Of a stretch of DNA of 64,000 bases, positions 21,597-31,921 are shown piece after piece. The stretch spans positions 320,001 to 384,000 of the forward strand of contig CAWJTV010000020.1 in NCBI GenBank assembly GCA_963845755.1, read 5' to 3'. The position numbers and the translations under genes are program-made. The notes beneath the pieces were generated by a model. It did not search any database and was not told the origin of the DNA. It saw nothing but the letters and a program-made list of their open reading frames with translations. Within the stretch, counting starts at the first letter, position 1. The number at the start of each line of letters is the position of its first letter. This stretch comes from an uncultured Planctomycetota bacterium (lineage in GTDB: Bacteria > Planctomycetota > Planctomycetia > Isosphaerales > Isosphaeraceae).

Positions 21597-22514
21597 ATGA
21601 AAAAGCGATTGCTAATGTGCGGAGCGCTCGCACTGGGGGTCGGTTTGTTGCCGGGCACGATTCGGGCCCAGACTCACCGAGGGGGCGATTTGCCCGGTCC
21701 GATCGACAGTATCGGCGACTTGCAGGACACCGCCAAGATGCTGTTCAAGCTGGCTGATACGAACAACGACGGCCAGATCTCTCAGAAAGAGGCGGTCGAT
21801 GTGGGTAACTTGCTGGTCGGCGGCTTTTTCTTCCGTGCCGACGCCAACGGCGATGGAATCTTGACGCCGGAAGAGGCGCGTACGGCCAGGGAGTCGTTGC
21901 TCCAGCAGCAGCCGTTATTGCGTTATGTGATGCAGAAGGCCCAGCCCCCCAATGCCAATGGTGCCCAGCCCGGCACGGTCGCGACATCTACCGCCGAGGG
22001 CGGCAATCCGATCGCGGCGATTGGTAAGATGCTGGATACCAATAACGACCAGAAGATCGAAGGGGCCGAGCTGCGCCAGGCCGTCCAGGGGGGTGTGCAA
22101 GTCCTGTTCTCGGTCGCCGACACCAATCAGGATGGGCAGTTGGTCCCGGCCGAGTTGAATCAGGCCGTCGCTGAGGCGGCGAAGACCGTCGTTCAAACCG
22201 CATTTCAGAAGGCCGACGATGACCATAACGGCGCCCTGAGCGTGGCGGAATTCGACAAGGCGCTGGCCGAACCAGCCCATGCGATCTTCCGCGTCCTCGA
22301 CGGCAACTCCGACAACCAGCTTTCGCTCCAAGAGCTCGAGAGGGCTCAGCAAATCATCGCCGCCCAGATCCAGCGGCTCCGCGTCCCGGAGGCGCAGAAC
22401 TCGATTCGAAATCAGATGCAGCACGGGAACACACCCAGTGCCGGACTTCCCGGCTCGATACCCGTGTCTCCGGCTCCGGTGACCCCGGCTCCGGTGGCCC
22501 CGGTCCGTCCGTGA
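21597..22514 (+). CDS. Secreted multi-EF-hand protein
   Basis: Signal peptide, RBS AAAGGAGG, six DxxxD/NxxxxxxE EF-hand-type loops, Pro-rich tail. Confidence 0.85.
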   Translation: MKKRLLMCGALALGVGLLPGTIRAQTHRGGDLPGPIDSIGDLQDTAKMLFKLADTNNDGQISQKEAVDVGNLLVGGFFFRADANGDGILTPEEARTARESLLQQQPLLRYVMQKAQPPNANGAQPGTVATSTAEGGNPIAAIGKMLDTNNDQKIEGAELRQAVQGGVQVLFSVADTNQDGQLVPAELNQAVAEAAKTVVQTAFQKADDDHNGALSVAEFDKALAEPAHAIFRVLDGNSDNQLSLQELERAQQIIAAQIQRLRVPEAQNSIRNQMQHGNTPSAGLPGSIPVSPAPVTPAPVAPVRP

Positions 22515-23018
22515 CCGGAATGAACCCGGCCTATCCCCGCCCGCGAGCCGAGGCGGTCCTCCGATCGGGAGGTCGCGCTTTGGTCGTGGGCCAATTCCTG
22601 CGCGAATCGGCTCCCAACTCCGCTCGAGCCCATCCGGATCGGGCGGGGAGGGACTTCTTCGTGTTGACGTATCATCCCCAGATCCCCGATCGAATGCTCC
22701 CCATGTGGCATCAGGGGACGATCTTGTCGCCACTTGCCGTATTGAGGGCGAGCGTGATGAAGAGATCGGACCGAGGCGGATAGCCACGAGCGAGCGAATG
22801 AAATGAGCGGCTCCTCCCAATGATACGCTGCGTACTCATGTCAATGTTATGAAGATTTGCAGGTAATGTGGTTCGATGTGATAACAGTCGCCAATAAGAT
22901 GGGGAAAGGCACCGAGTCGTCGAGGAGCGTTGGGTACTGTAAGCGTGGGATTCCTTTTCTTCTCCTATGGACGTACGCCCTTTCACCGAAGGCTCCCATA
23001 GAACTCCGCCAATAACAC

Positions 23019-23050
23019 GACCCGGGCTCGATGGCCCGGGTCTCTTTGTG
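23019..23050 (+). terminator. Intrinsic terminator hairpin
   Basis: gacccgggc-tcgatg-gcccgggtc followed by tctttgt. Confidence 0.6.
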
Positions 23051-23093
23051 GTTGTCGAATATCGTGGTAGTTCGTCGGGCCTCGCAATTCCGC

Positions 23094-23462
23094 TCACGAT
23101 CGCTTCCAGGAGCTGGGCACGTACGAGGCCAGTGATTCGGGCACGTACTTTAGCCGCTCGGGCAAATGCCTGAGCTGATCGGGAAGGTCCTGGAGCGACT
23201 CGGGTGCATACCGTTCGAACCAGCCCGGCTCGCGCCTCGCCATCAGCAAGGTGACAAAGAGACCAAGTCCGAAGCCGATGCCAAAGCTGGTCATCACGCT
23301 GGAAGCAGGGTTCCGTGCGACGAATCCACGGACATGGCCCGACTCGTCCCAGGACTCGTCGGATTGATCATCGTACTCTGGGTCTGCGCGACCACCGGCA
23401 AACTGCTCGCCTCGGCCTTCCGACGGGCCAAGAAGGCGATGGGAGTGATTCCTCTTGGGCAT
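23094..23462 (-). CDS. Hypothetical membrane protein with DUF883/ElaB-like tail motif
   Basis: 'FVARNPASSVMTSFGIGFGLGLFVTLLMARR'; RBS GGAG. Confidence 0.65.
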   Translation of the reverse strand: MPKRNHSHRLLGPSEGRGEQFAGGRADPEYDDQSDESWDESGHVRGFVARNPASSVMTSFGIGFGLGLFVTLLMARREPGWFERYAPESLQDLPDQLRHLPERLKYVPESLASYVPSSWKRS

Positions 23463-23878
23463 GTAAGGCTCCTTTGCCCTTCGGCAGACGGGTTCTGGTT
23501 GGAAGTCCAACGATCAGAGAGATTCTCGTGCAAAGATGGGGCCAATCGTCCGGTGGAGTCCGTACACAGCGGGATCTGGGAAATCTGAGCGATTTGATCC
23601 CTTAATCATTCTGCCGGGTCATCGCGCCTGGTCGAGGTCTTCAGAGGAAGGGCTTATGAGATGCCCCGGATATAACGGCTCCGATCACAAGGACTTACAA
23701 CAGGACGGACCTTCCATCACCTCGCGATCATACGTCCTTTCGTAAGATACCGGGTATCGGCTGGCTGGCTTATGCCAAGGACACCGAAGAGAGTATATTT
23801 GGCATCGTGCAGGCTGACTCAGCGGCTCACTGACTCGACCGGCCCCGACGCGAGAGCGGCCACGAATCAGTACTTTCC

Positions 23879-24631
23879 TCAGAGCGATTCAAAGACCACG
23901 GCCGCGCTCTGCAGCGCCCAAGCTGTGACGTGGCAAGTGCGGCCCTGCCGATTTCCTAACAAGATTCGCTCTTCGGGCCGGGCGAAGATCCAGGTTCTCG
24001 AGAACTGGGTGCGACTTGTGTAATTTGGGGCGTCTTCGACCGTCCAGGCTCGGCTGAAGTCGTAGTATTTCCAGGGCTCGGCGTATGACGGATCTGACTT
24101 ATTGATTGCGTCGAACGACGGCTTCCAATTCAAGAATGCCATGATCTCGAAGTGATCGAGCTGGGTAAGGCTCGCTTGGTGATAGACCTTGTTGGCGTGC
24201 GCCGGAACGCCCATATCCTGGATCATGTGAAGGAGAACGCCGAGAAGAAAGTAGGCACGGGCTTTCTCGCCGGATCGATAAGCGTCACGGCAGTCGAGCC
24301 ACCACCCGGGGATGTCGTCGCAGCCCTCGTTCGTCCCCTTGTGCTCGACTCGTTTGGCGTCCAGGTCGACGCCGTATTTCCCCTCTTTGACTTTTCGCTC
24401 ATGCAGCTCCTGGTTGGCCCCCTCAACAAGCGGATTGCGGAATGTCTGGATCTCAGGGAACACATCCGCGAGGTGGTCGATGGCCCACCCGGTCAAGTAG
24501 CTGTGGGTGGAATGTGTGGGATTCACTCGGGCACTGTCCCATCCGAGAGCCGACAGACTGGCAACCGCCACGATGACCATGGTGGCCATGGCGGCCATGC
24601 TCGCGAACCCCTCGGCACAGACCTCGTTCAT
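23879..24631 (-). CDS. Secreted zinc-dependent phospholipase C / P1-nuclease-like protein
   Basis: Signal peptide ending before mature N-terminal W; 'THS', 'LGVLLHMIQDMGVPAH' and 'HFE' Zn ligands. Confidence 0.7.
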   Translation of the reverse strand: MNEVCAEGFASMAAMATMVIVAVASLSALGWDSARVNPTHSTHSYLTGWAIDHLADVFPEIQTFRNPLVEGANQELHERKVKEGKYGVDLDAKRVEHKGTNEGCDDIPGWWLDCRDAYRSGEKARAYFLLGVLLHMIQDMGVPAHANKVYHQASLTQLDHFEIMAFLNWKPSFDAINKSDPSYAEPWKYYDFSRAWTVEDAPNYTSRTQFSRTWIFARPEERILLGNRQGRTCHVTAWALQSAAVVFESL

Positions 24632-24825
24632 TGTCGGTTGCCTTCCGTTTCCGGACCAATGACGATTATCCTCAGTAGGATATCCCTTTGGGTCATCGGT
24701 TTCTATCGCGAACGACCGGGTTGGGCATCCGGAGTGAGGTCCTAGCATGCCGGTCCTCTCGCCGCGTGATAGAATGCCGGCTCGGAGGATAAGCCGATTC
24801 CACGACGTTTCCAGGAATCCCTCGC

Positions 24826-25725
24826 ATGCCACTGAAGATCGCAGCCTTCCCGAAGTGTTATATCGAGCAGATCGCGGGCGATCGGACCATGTCGGTCTTC
24901 GAGTGGATCTCGATGGCGCGGTCGCTCGACGCCGATGGGCTGGAGATGTACGACGGGTTCTTCACGAGCCTCGAGCCGGATTATCTCGACCGCGTGCGCG
25001 AGGCGATCCACGCCGCGGGCTTCGCGATGCCGATGCTTTGCTGCTCGCCCGATTTCACCAATCCCGACCCCGACGGCCGAAAGCGGGCCGCCGATCGCGA
25101 GGCCGAGCTGATCGGCGTGGCGCGACGTCTGGGCGGACCGCGGGCGGTCTGCCGTGTGCTCTCTGGCCAGCGCTATCCCCAGGTCGACCGGCAGCAGGGG
25201 CTGGAGTGGGTCGTCGAGGGGATCAACCGGGTCCTGCCCGTCGCTCGCGAGTTCGACATCGTGCTGGGCCTCGAAAACCACTACAAGGATAGCTTCTGGT
25301 CGTATCCCGAATTCGCCCAGAAAATGGACGTATTCCTCGAGGTGCTGGCCGCGATCCCGGACCGCGATCATTTCGGCGTGCAGTATGACCCGTCGAATGC
25401 CATCGTCGCGGGGGACAATCCCATTGCGTTGTTGCAGGCGGTCGCCGATCGAGTCGTCAGCATGCACGCCAGCGATCGGTATCTCGCCGAGGGGACGACG
25501 CTGGACGACCTGCGCCAGAGTGACGGAACGCTCGGGTACTCGCCGAATCTGCGGCACGGCGTGACCGGAAAGGGGCTTAACGACTACGACACGATCTTTC
25601 GCATCCTGGCCGAGCAGGGTTATCGGGGCTGGATCAGCATCGAGGACGGCATGAATGGCATGGACGAGATGGCCGAGTCGCTGGCATTCCTGCGCCGGAT
25701 GGCCGCACGCTATTTCCCCGATTGA
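24826..25725 (+). CDS. Sugar phosphate isomerase/epimerase (xylose isomerase-like TIM barrel)
   Basis: 'DGLEMY', 'LGLENHYK', 'QYDPSN', 'MHASD', 'WISIED'. Confidence 0.85.
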   Translation: MPLKIAAFPKCYIEQIAGDRTMSVFEWISMARSLDADGLEMYDGFFTSLEPDYLDRVREAIHAAGFAMPMLCCSPDFTNPDPDGRKRAADREAELIGVARRLGGPRAVCRVLSGQRYPQVDRQQGLEWVVEGINRVLPVAREFDIVLGLENHYKDSFWSYPEFAQKMDVFLEVLAAIPDRDHFGVQYDPSNAIVAGDNPIALLQAVADRVVSMHASDRYLAEGTTLDDLRQSDGTLGYSPNLRHGVTGKGLNDYDTIFRILAEQGYRGWISIEDGMNGMDEMAESLAFLRRMAARYFPD

Positions 25726-25734
25726 GGTGACCCG

Positions 25735-26833
25735 ATGGATCGTCTCCGGACCGCGCTGGTGGGTTGTGGGAAGGTGGGGCAGATCCACGCCCAGGCGCTG
25801 GCGGGCCTACCCGAATCGGATTTGGTCGGAGTCTGCGATGTGGACGCCGGTCGCGCGGCATCATTCGCCGCCAGGTACGGCGGGCAAGCCTTCACGGATG
25901 TCGAGACGATGCTGCGCACCTGCGGCCTACAGGTCTTGAGCATCGCGACGCCGCATCCCCTCCACGCCGAGCCGGCGGTCTTGGCGGCCGAGGCCGGAGC
26001 CCATGTGCTGATCGAGAAACCCATGGCCGCAAGGCTGGAGGACTGCGATGCGATGCTCGCGGCGGCACAACATCGCGGCGTCAAACTGGGCGTGATCAGC
26101 CAGCGCCGTTGGTACGAGCCGGTCCTCCGAATGAAGGCGGCCATCGATGCCGGAAGGATCGGCCGGCCGGTGCTGGGGACGTTCGTCATGTATAGCTCGC
26201 GCGACCCCTCCTATTATCGCTCCGACCCCTGGCGCGGACGATGGGACACCGAGGGGGGTGGCGTGCTCGTCAATCAGTCGCCCCACATGCTCGACCTTGC
26301 TGGCATGGCTCATGGACGATGAGGTTGCCGAGGTCGGCGGCTATTGGGCCAACCTCAATCACCCCTCCGTCGAAGTCGAGGACAGCGCCGTGGCCATCCT
26401 CCGCTTTCGCGGCGGCGGCCTCGGCTCGATCGTGACCAGCCTCGCGCAGAAGCCTGGCATTTACACCAAGGTGCACATCCATGGGTCGAACGGCGCCACG
26501 GTCGGCGTCGAGACCGACCGAGGCGCGACGTTCATCGCCGGCGTGTCCGGGATTTCCGAGCCGCCGCTCAACGACCTCTGGACGATCCCGGGCGAGGAAG
26601 ACCGACTTGCCACGTTCCAGGCCGAGGACCGCGCACGGTTCGCGGCCCTCGACGCGGTGAGCCATTACCACGCACTCCAGATCCAGGACTTCCTCCGAGC
26701 GGTCATCGAGGACCGCCCGCCGCTGGTCACCGGTGAAGACGGCCGCCGCGTCGTCGAGCTCTTCCAGGCCATCTACCGCTCCCATCGCGAAGGGCGATCG
26801 ATCCCGATGTCGAGCGGATGGTGTTCAACGTAG
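25735..26833 (+). CDS. Gfo/Idh/MocA oxidoreductase, frameshift near 26297
   Basis: 'LVGCGKVG', 'IATPHPLH', 'VLIEKPMA', 'GGGVLVNQSPHMLD'. Confidence 0.9.
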
Positions 26834-26906
26834 GGCGCCCTGTGAGCGCCGATCATTCTCGGCACGACGATTCGATGCTCACAGAGTACCCTGCGAGGTG
26901 GGTGTC

Positions 26907-28179
26907 TCAGCCGATCAACCGGCGTAGGGAGCGGATGATGTAGGCGTTCTCGGGGCGGTTGCGAGCCGCGATCCGGATGAACTTGCCCACATCCAGCCCC
27001 TTTTTGTCGTCACATGTGCGAGTGTAGATGCCTCGTCGGATTAGGAGCCGACAGACGAGCTCCTCGGCAGCGAGTCCGTTCTGGAGCTCCACCAGGGCGA
27101 AGTTCGCGGAGGTCGGGTAGACGCGTAGTCCGTGGATCTTGGCCAGATCGGCGAAGAACCTCCGCGAATTCCGGATGAACCGGATGCGCTCGCGCTCGTA
27201 GCGCTCCTGGAAATCGGGCCGGGAGTAGAGGTCGAAGAAGTACTCGGCAAGTCCCGAGGAATTCCACAGGTAGCCGTTGCCGAGCAGGGCTCGTATGCGA
27301 TCGGGGGCCATGATCGCGTAGCCGGCCCGGATCCCGGCCACGCCGAAATCCTTGGACATGCTCTTGACGACCATCAGGTTCGGGAACCGTTGAACCTCGT
27401 CCGCCACGCTCCGGTAGGCATAACCATCGCCCTCACAGGCGAAATGGATGAAGCTCTCGTCCACGATGACATTCGGGACGGATTGCAACTCTTCTAGCAG
27501 CTCCACCATGAGCGCGTGCGGGATATAGCCCCCGTCGGGATTATTCGGGTTGATCAGGGCAACCGTATCGGGCCGCTCGCGATGGACTCGCTCGAGATAC
27601 GCGCCGGCGTCGAAGCGGAACTCGTCCTCCTTGTGCAGGATGTTGAAGAGAACTTGGGTGTCCGGGCGGGCGAACTCATAGTAGGGCGAGAAGGTGGGGA
27701 GGTTGACCAGGATCTTCTCACGAGTGAACCGGTGGAGAATTGCCTGGATGATCTCGGCGGCACCGTTGCCGACGAAGATCGAGTCGGTCTCCTGGTCCAG
27801 GACCCGGCCCAACTTGTCGGCGATCACGCGGTTCTGCGAGGGATATAACTCCAGCAGTGCGACGGAGTTTCCTGGGCCGAATCACTTCTCGATGAAAGTG
27901 CATCAGGAACAGCTTGGTGGCGTAGGGATTCGACAGGAAGCAGGCATCGACCTTCAACCGCAGCTCGGGGATCAGCTTGGCGAGCGTCCAGGCGCTGGGA
28001 GAATGGGAGCCAGCCTCCTTCTTCAACCGTTTGATCCGTTCGATCAGGGCCAGCTCGCGCGCGTTGAAATGGGATCGCACTGGGGCGCGCCGTGGCGGCC
28101 GATGGAGCCAGGGTGCCGTGAGGCCGAGGTCGAACGGTTTGAATTTCGGGCGGGGATCGCGGGAACGCGGAACGATCAC
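26907..28179 (-). CDS. Class I/II PLP aminotransferase (HisC/CobD-like), frameshift near 27862
   Basis: 'FVGNGAAE', 'INPNNPDG', 'VDESF', PLP-lysine motif 'KSMSKDFGVAGIRAGY'; start codon uncertain. Confidence 0.85.
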
Positions 28180-28504
28180 TGAAACCTCATGGATTTCCTC
28201 GTGGACGACTCATACGCCGATCCTGACGTCCACCGGAGAAACCCGGTTCAGAACGATGCTCGGCTGTTCATCGAGTCGCAACACGACTTTCACGCAACCT
28301 TTGCACATAGTAGGCCGATCGTCTCCGCCCGACAAGAACCTAGTGCCCGAGTTCCGGGGTCATGATCCCGACTGGAGTCTTCGGGATCCTGATTGATCGG
28401 GCTACACGGCGGACCCATCTTCCGCGGGACGCTCGTTATCCGGGGGTTGCATACGACATCTGGGCTCGGCTTTTTCTCATGCCCCAGGGCAACATCAGAT
28501 CTGT

Positions 28505-30004
28505 CTACTTCGACGGCTCGATACGCACATGCAGCCTGGCAGTTGCCTTGCGGCCGTGACGGTCAGTACGCTCGACTCGGGGCAGATAATCGCCGGGCCT
28601 GGCGAAGCCGTGGGTGGTCACGGCGTAACCGTCGAGGGCGAGTTCCTTGACGTTGCCGTCGGAGTGCACTTCCACGGTCGGGCTGCCGTCGCCGAAGTCC
28701 CAGGTCTCGCTGCCGTCGGTAGTGTCGAAAGTGCGCACCTTGAAGGTGATCGGGTCGCCGGGATGGAGGTTCTCCGTCGGCGCGTACGCCGCGTGGATTC
28801 CCGGAGGAATGGGGTCGGAGCTCGCGGGATCGAGTACCTGGACGATGGCGAAGTCGTACGCGACATGGCCATGGTTGTCCGAAACCTTGAGGATCTCGCT
28901 GTACTCGCCCGGACTGTCGTAAACGCGATCCGCCCGAGGCCCCGAGGCCGTTTTCCCATCCGAGAATGTCCAGTCGTACCGCACGATGGCACCCGATCGG
29001 CTCCAGGAGAGCGAGCCATCGAGGCCGACGCGATCGCCGATCCGAGCCAGATGGTGCGGTCGGGCCACCGCGACCACCGCCGGCTGTTGCTCTCGCAGGG
29101 CGGCCTCCCAGAGGAACGCATACCCCTCCTGCGTCCCCCAGCGGCCCGAGGGCTGTCGGCTGACGATCTCGAAGTGAAGGTGCGACCAGCCGCCACTGCC
29201 CCCTTCCTTGCCGAGCACGCCGATCTTCTGGCCCATGGCGACCAAAACTCCGGGCTTGATCGCCGCGTCGAACGTCTGGAGATGACTGTAGCGGTAGTAC
29301 CAACCGCGATCGTCGAGGATGTAGACGACGTCGTAACGCGGGTTGACCGGAGTCCCTTCGTAACCGGGAAGCGCGACCTTGCCGACGGAGATGACGCGTC
29401 CCGCACTGGCGGCCACCACGTTGACCAACCCTTCGGCCCCACCGATATCGAGCCCGCTGTGATAGTAGATCTTCCGGATAGAGGGCTGCTCGACGCCATC
29501 GACGTAGGTCGGTTCGTTGGCCATCTGGGTAGCCGAGGCGAACCAGCGCTGGCGGACCGGATAGACGAATGTTCCCGGCTCGATCCAGGGCGAGCCGACC
29601 GGCCAGAGCCGAATGCGTGCGGCCTTGGTAAGGCCCCAGTGGTCCTGGGTCGAGTTCTTGAGGTAACCCCCCGTGATCGGGCAGTCGACCTGTACGCCGG
29701 CGACGGTCCGAGGCAGATGGTAGGTTCCCGAGGTCAGCTCGATCTCCTGCCCGTTGACCTCGACCTTCACGACCGCCCGGCGAACGGCATCGCGAATCGG
29801 ATCGCGGGACTCCTCCAGCGCCAGAAGCTTGACCCGCGCGATGGTCGCATCGGAGAACTCGACTTGCTGCGACTCTCCGATGTCGAGGTCCATGACCCGA
29901 AGGCGAGGCGTGCGCGTCGGCGGGTCCTCGGCACCTGCGAGATTCCCCAGGGCAAGGATCATGGCGAGAATCCAGGCAAATCGACGCATCGTTGCCATTC
30001 TCAT
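28505..30004 (-). CDS. Secreted M23 peptidase with PKD domains
   Basis: Signal peptide; HSGLD and HLH zinc motifs; 'YDWTFSDG' and 'WDFGDG' PKD motifs. Confidence 0.85.
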   Translation of the reverse strand: MRMATMRRFAWILAMILALGNLAGAEDPPTRTPRLRVMDLDIGESQQVEFSDATIARVKLLALEESRDPIRDAVRRAVVKVEVNGQEIELTSGTYHLPRTVAGVQVDCPITGGYLKNSTQDHWGLTKAARIRLWPVGSPWIEPGTFVYPVRQRWFASATQMANEPTYVDGVEQPSIRKIYYHSGLDIGGAEGLVNVVAASAGRVISVGKVALPGYEGTPVNPRYDVVYILDDRGWYYRYSHLQTFDAAIKPGVLVAMGQKIGVLGKEGGSGGWSHLHFEIVSRQPSGRWGTQEGYAFLWEAALREQQPAVVAVARPHHLARIGDRVGLDGSLSWSRSGAIVRYDWTFSDGKTASGPRADRVYDSPGEYSEILKVSDNHGHVAYDFAIVQVLDPASSDPIPPGIHAAYAPTENLHPGDPITFKVRTFDTTDGSETWDFGDGSPTVEVHSDGNVKELALDGYAVTTHGFARPGDYLPRVERTDRHGRKATARLHVRIEPSK

Positions 30005-30005
30005 C

Positions 30006-30248
30006 CTAAACCTTTCGGATGAATCTGAGCAAGAACAACAAGATCACCGCGCCAACGGTTGCGGAGATCAACGATCCCAGTAATCCCCCGGTATTCACCC
30101 CGAGCCGGCCGAAAACGAAACCCCCGATCAATGCGCCGATGACGCCGATAATCAGGTCCTCGACCCAGCCCGAACCGCGCCGTTTGACCAGGAGTCCTGC
30201 CAGCCAACCAGCTGCCAATCCGATCAGGAGGAACAAGAGGATATCCAC
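30006..30248 (-). CDS. GlsB/YeaQ/YmgE (transglycosylase-associated) membrane protein
   Basis: 'LLIGLAAGWLAG...IIGVIGALIGG...LISATVGAVILL'. Confidence 0.9.
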   Translation of the reverse strand: MDILLFLLIGLAAGWLAGLLVKRRGSGWVEDLIIGVIGALIGGFVFGRLGVNTGGLLGSLISATVGAVILLFLLRFIRKV

Positions 30249-30802
30249 GTCCAAAGTCTCCGGCTGAGGCCCACTCCTCGGCGCGAGCGCGCCGGTCGAC
30301 GATCCGATTCCCACGACGGACCTGATCGGTCGGAATACGAGTCTGAGTTTCGCGCAGGTCGGCCCGTGATGCAACCGCTCGCTGCCAACGATCACAGGTT
30401 TCCTTCCGCCTAGGCCGCGAGACGCCATGTCAGGAACCAATCCGGCCTCCTCGCAGACTTGCCGATCGACAGAACCCCGCCATCTCCCGGATTCCGAAGA
30501 ATCGCGAAAGACCTTCAAGTTTTCCTTCGGGGAATCCGAAAGAAATCGATAGACGAGAATCTTCAGAACTGACGACTGACGGCACTCGTTGCGACGAGGA
30601 CTCCCGCGTGCCTTTGCTGGCTCTCCGAGTGAGCAGGGTCGGACGGGGGTGTCCCTGTGCCAGAAGTTTGGGGAAATCCCGAGCGAGACATCCTGAGCAG
30701 ACTGGCCATCGCATGGCCGTCTGTCTGATCAGCTTCCGCGCCTGGTCACCGTTGCGCGGCCGGCTGAGAGTATGGCCCCTTCATGCGCCGAGCAGGGCAA
30801 CA

Positions 30803-31766
30803 ATGATGTTCGAACTCCTCGTGAAGTGTGTGGCGCTGATCGCCGTCATTCATGGCCTCCGGGCCGTATGTCGAACGGATCGGTCCCCGACTCAGCGGGT
30901 TGATCCTCGGTCTTCCCAGTTCCACGGCAATCGTCTTGTTCCTTTGCGGTCGGGAGCGAGGAGCCGTCGGTGTAGCCGAGATGGCCGAAGCCAGCCTTCT
31001 GGGGCTGGTCGCGGCGGTCGCCTTGCCGCTGGCGTATGCCCAAGCCGTCCGATGGGGCTGGCGACTTCCGGGTGTTATCGGAGCGGCCATCGCCGCCTAC
31101 TTCATTGTCGCGTCGGGGCTGGGGTCTATTCATGAAGGCGGTCCCTGGGTGTGCCTGGGGATCGCGCTCGGCGCCATCTTGCTCACTTCGGTGCTAGTCG
31201 CGCGGATCGAGGTTCGAAGCCCACGCGCCGGAGTCGTGAGACGATCGTCGCGCTGGTCGGCCGTGGTGCGCACCGTCGTCCCGGCGGTCTACGTTCTGGG
31301 CGTGGGAATCGCAAGCGGGGCGACAAGTCCGAGGTGGGCGGGGCTGGTCAGTACATTCCCGAGCATGTCCACGGTCCTCCTGACCGTCACTCACCTGGAG
31401 GAAGGGCCGGCCGAGGCGAGCCGGATCGCCAGGGCCCTGCCTTCGGCTAACCTGAGCACGGCCGCGTTCCTGGCCGCCTGCCGGTTCGGCTGCCCGATTC
31501 TGGGTCCCGGGTGGGCGATGCTCCTGGGCTATGCCGCCGCGTTGACGAACCTGGCCGCCATCGAGCTGGCCAACGCGCGTGGCGACCTGCGAAAGTACTG
31601 CCGAATCAGGATGCGGCAGCCGAGCTTGCGAGCGGCAGTCCGACGACCACAGGCCTTCCGAGCTCGGATTCGCACTCACGTCCGATCGGCACCCGGATCG
31701 CTCCGGCGGCACAGGCTGGCGCGTCGAAAACGCTTCGCCCCACATCTCGAGGCGCTGTCTTGCTGA
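30803..31766 (+). CDS. Hypothetical polytopic membrane protein, frameshift near 30870
   Basis: 'MMFELLVKCVALIAVI' joins 'RIGPRLSGLILGLP'; the internal repeat 'PRWAGLVSTFP' suggests two homologous halves. Confidence 0.7.
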
Positions 31767-31921
31767 TCCGCCCCGAAGGCGAAACCGGCATTTCCTGCTC
31801 CCGACCGCCAGGACGAAGCTCGGGAAAGCTGGCTCGCGGCGCTTGGGTATGTTCTAATAATCAGGGTCCACCAGCGACTGTTGCCTCACTCCCGCCCAAT
31901 AGCCACCAGGGTCCGAACCTG

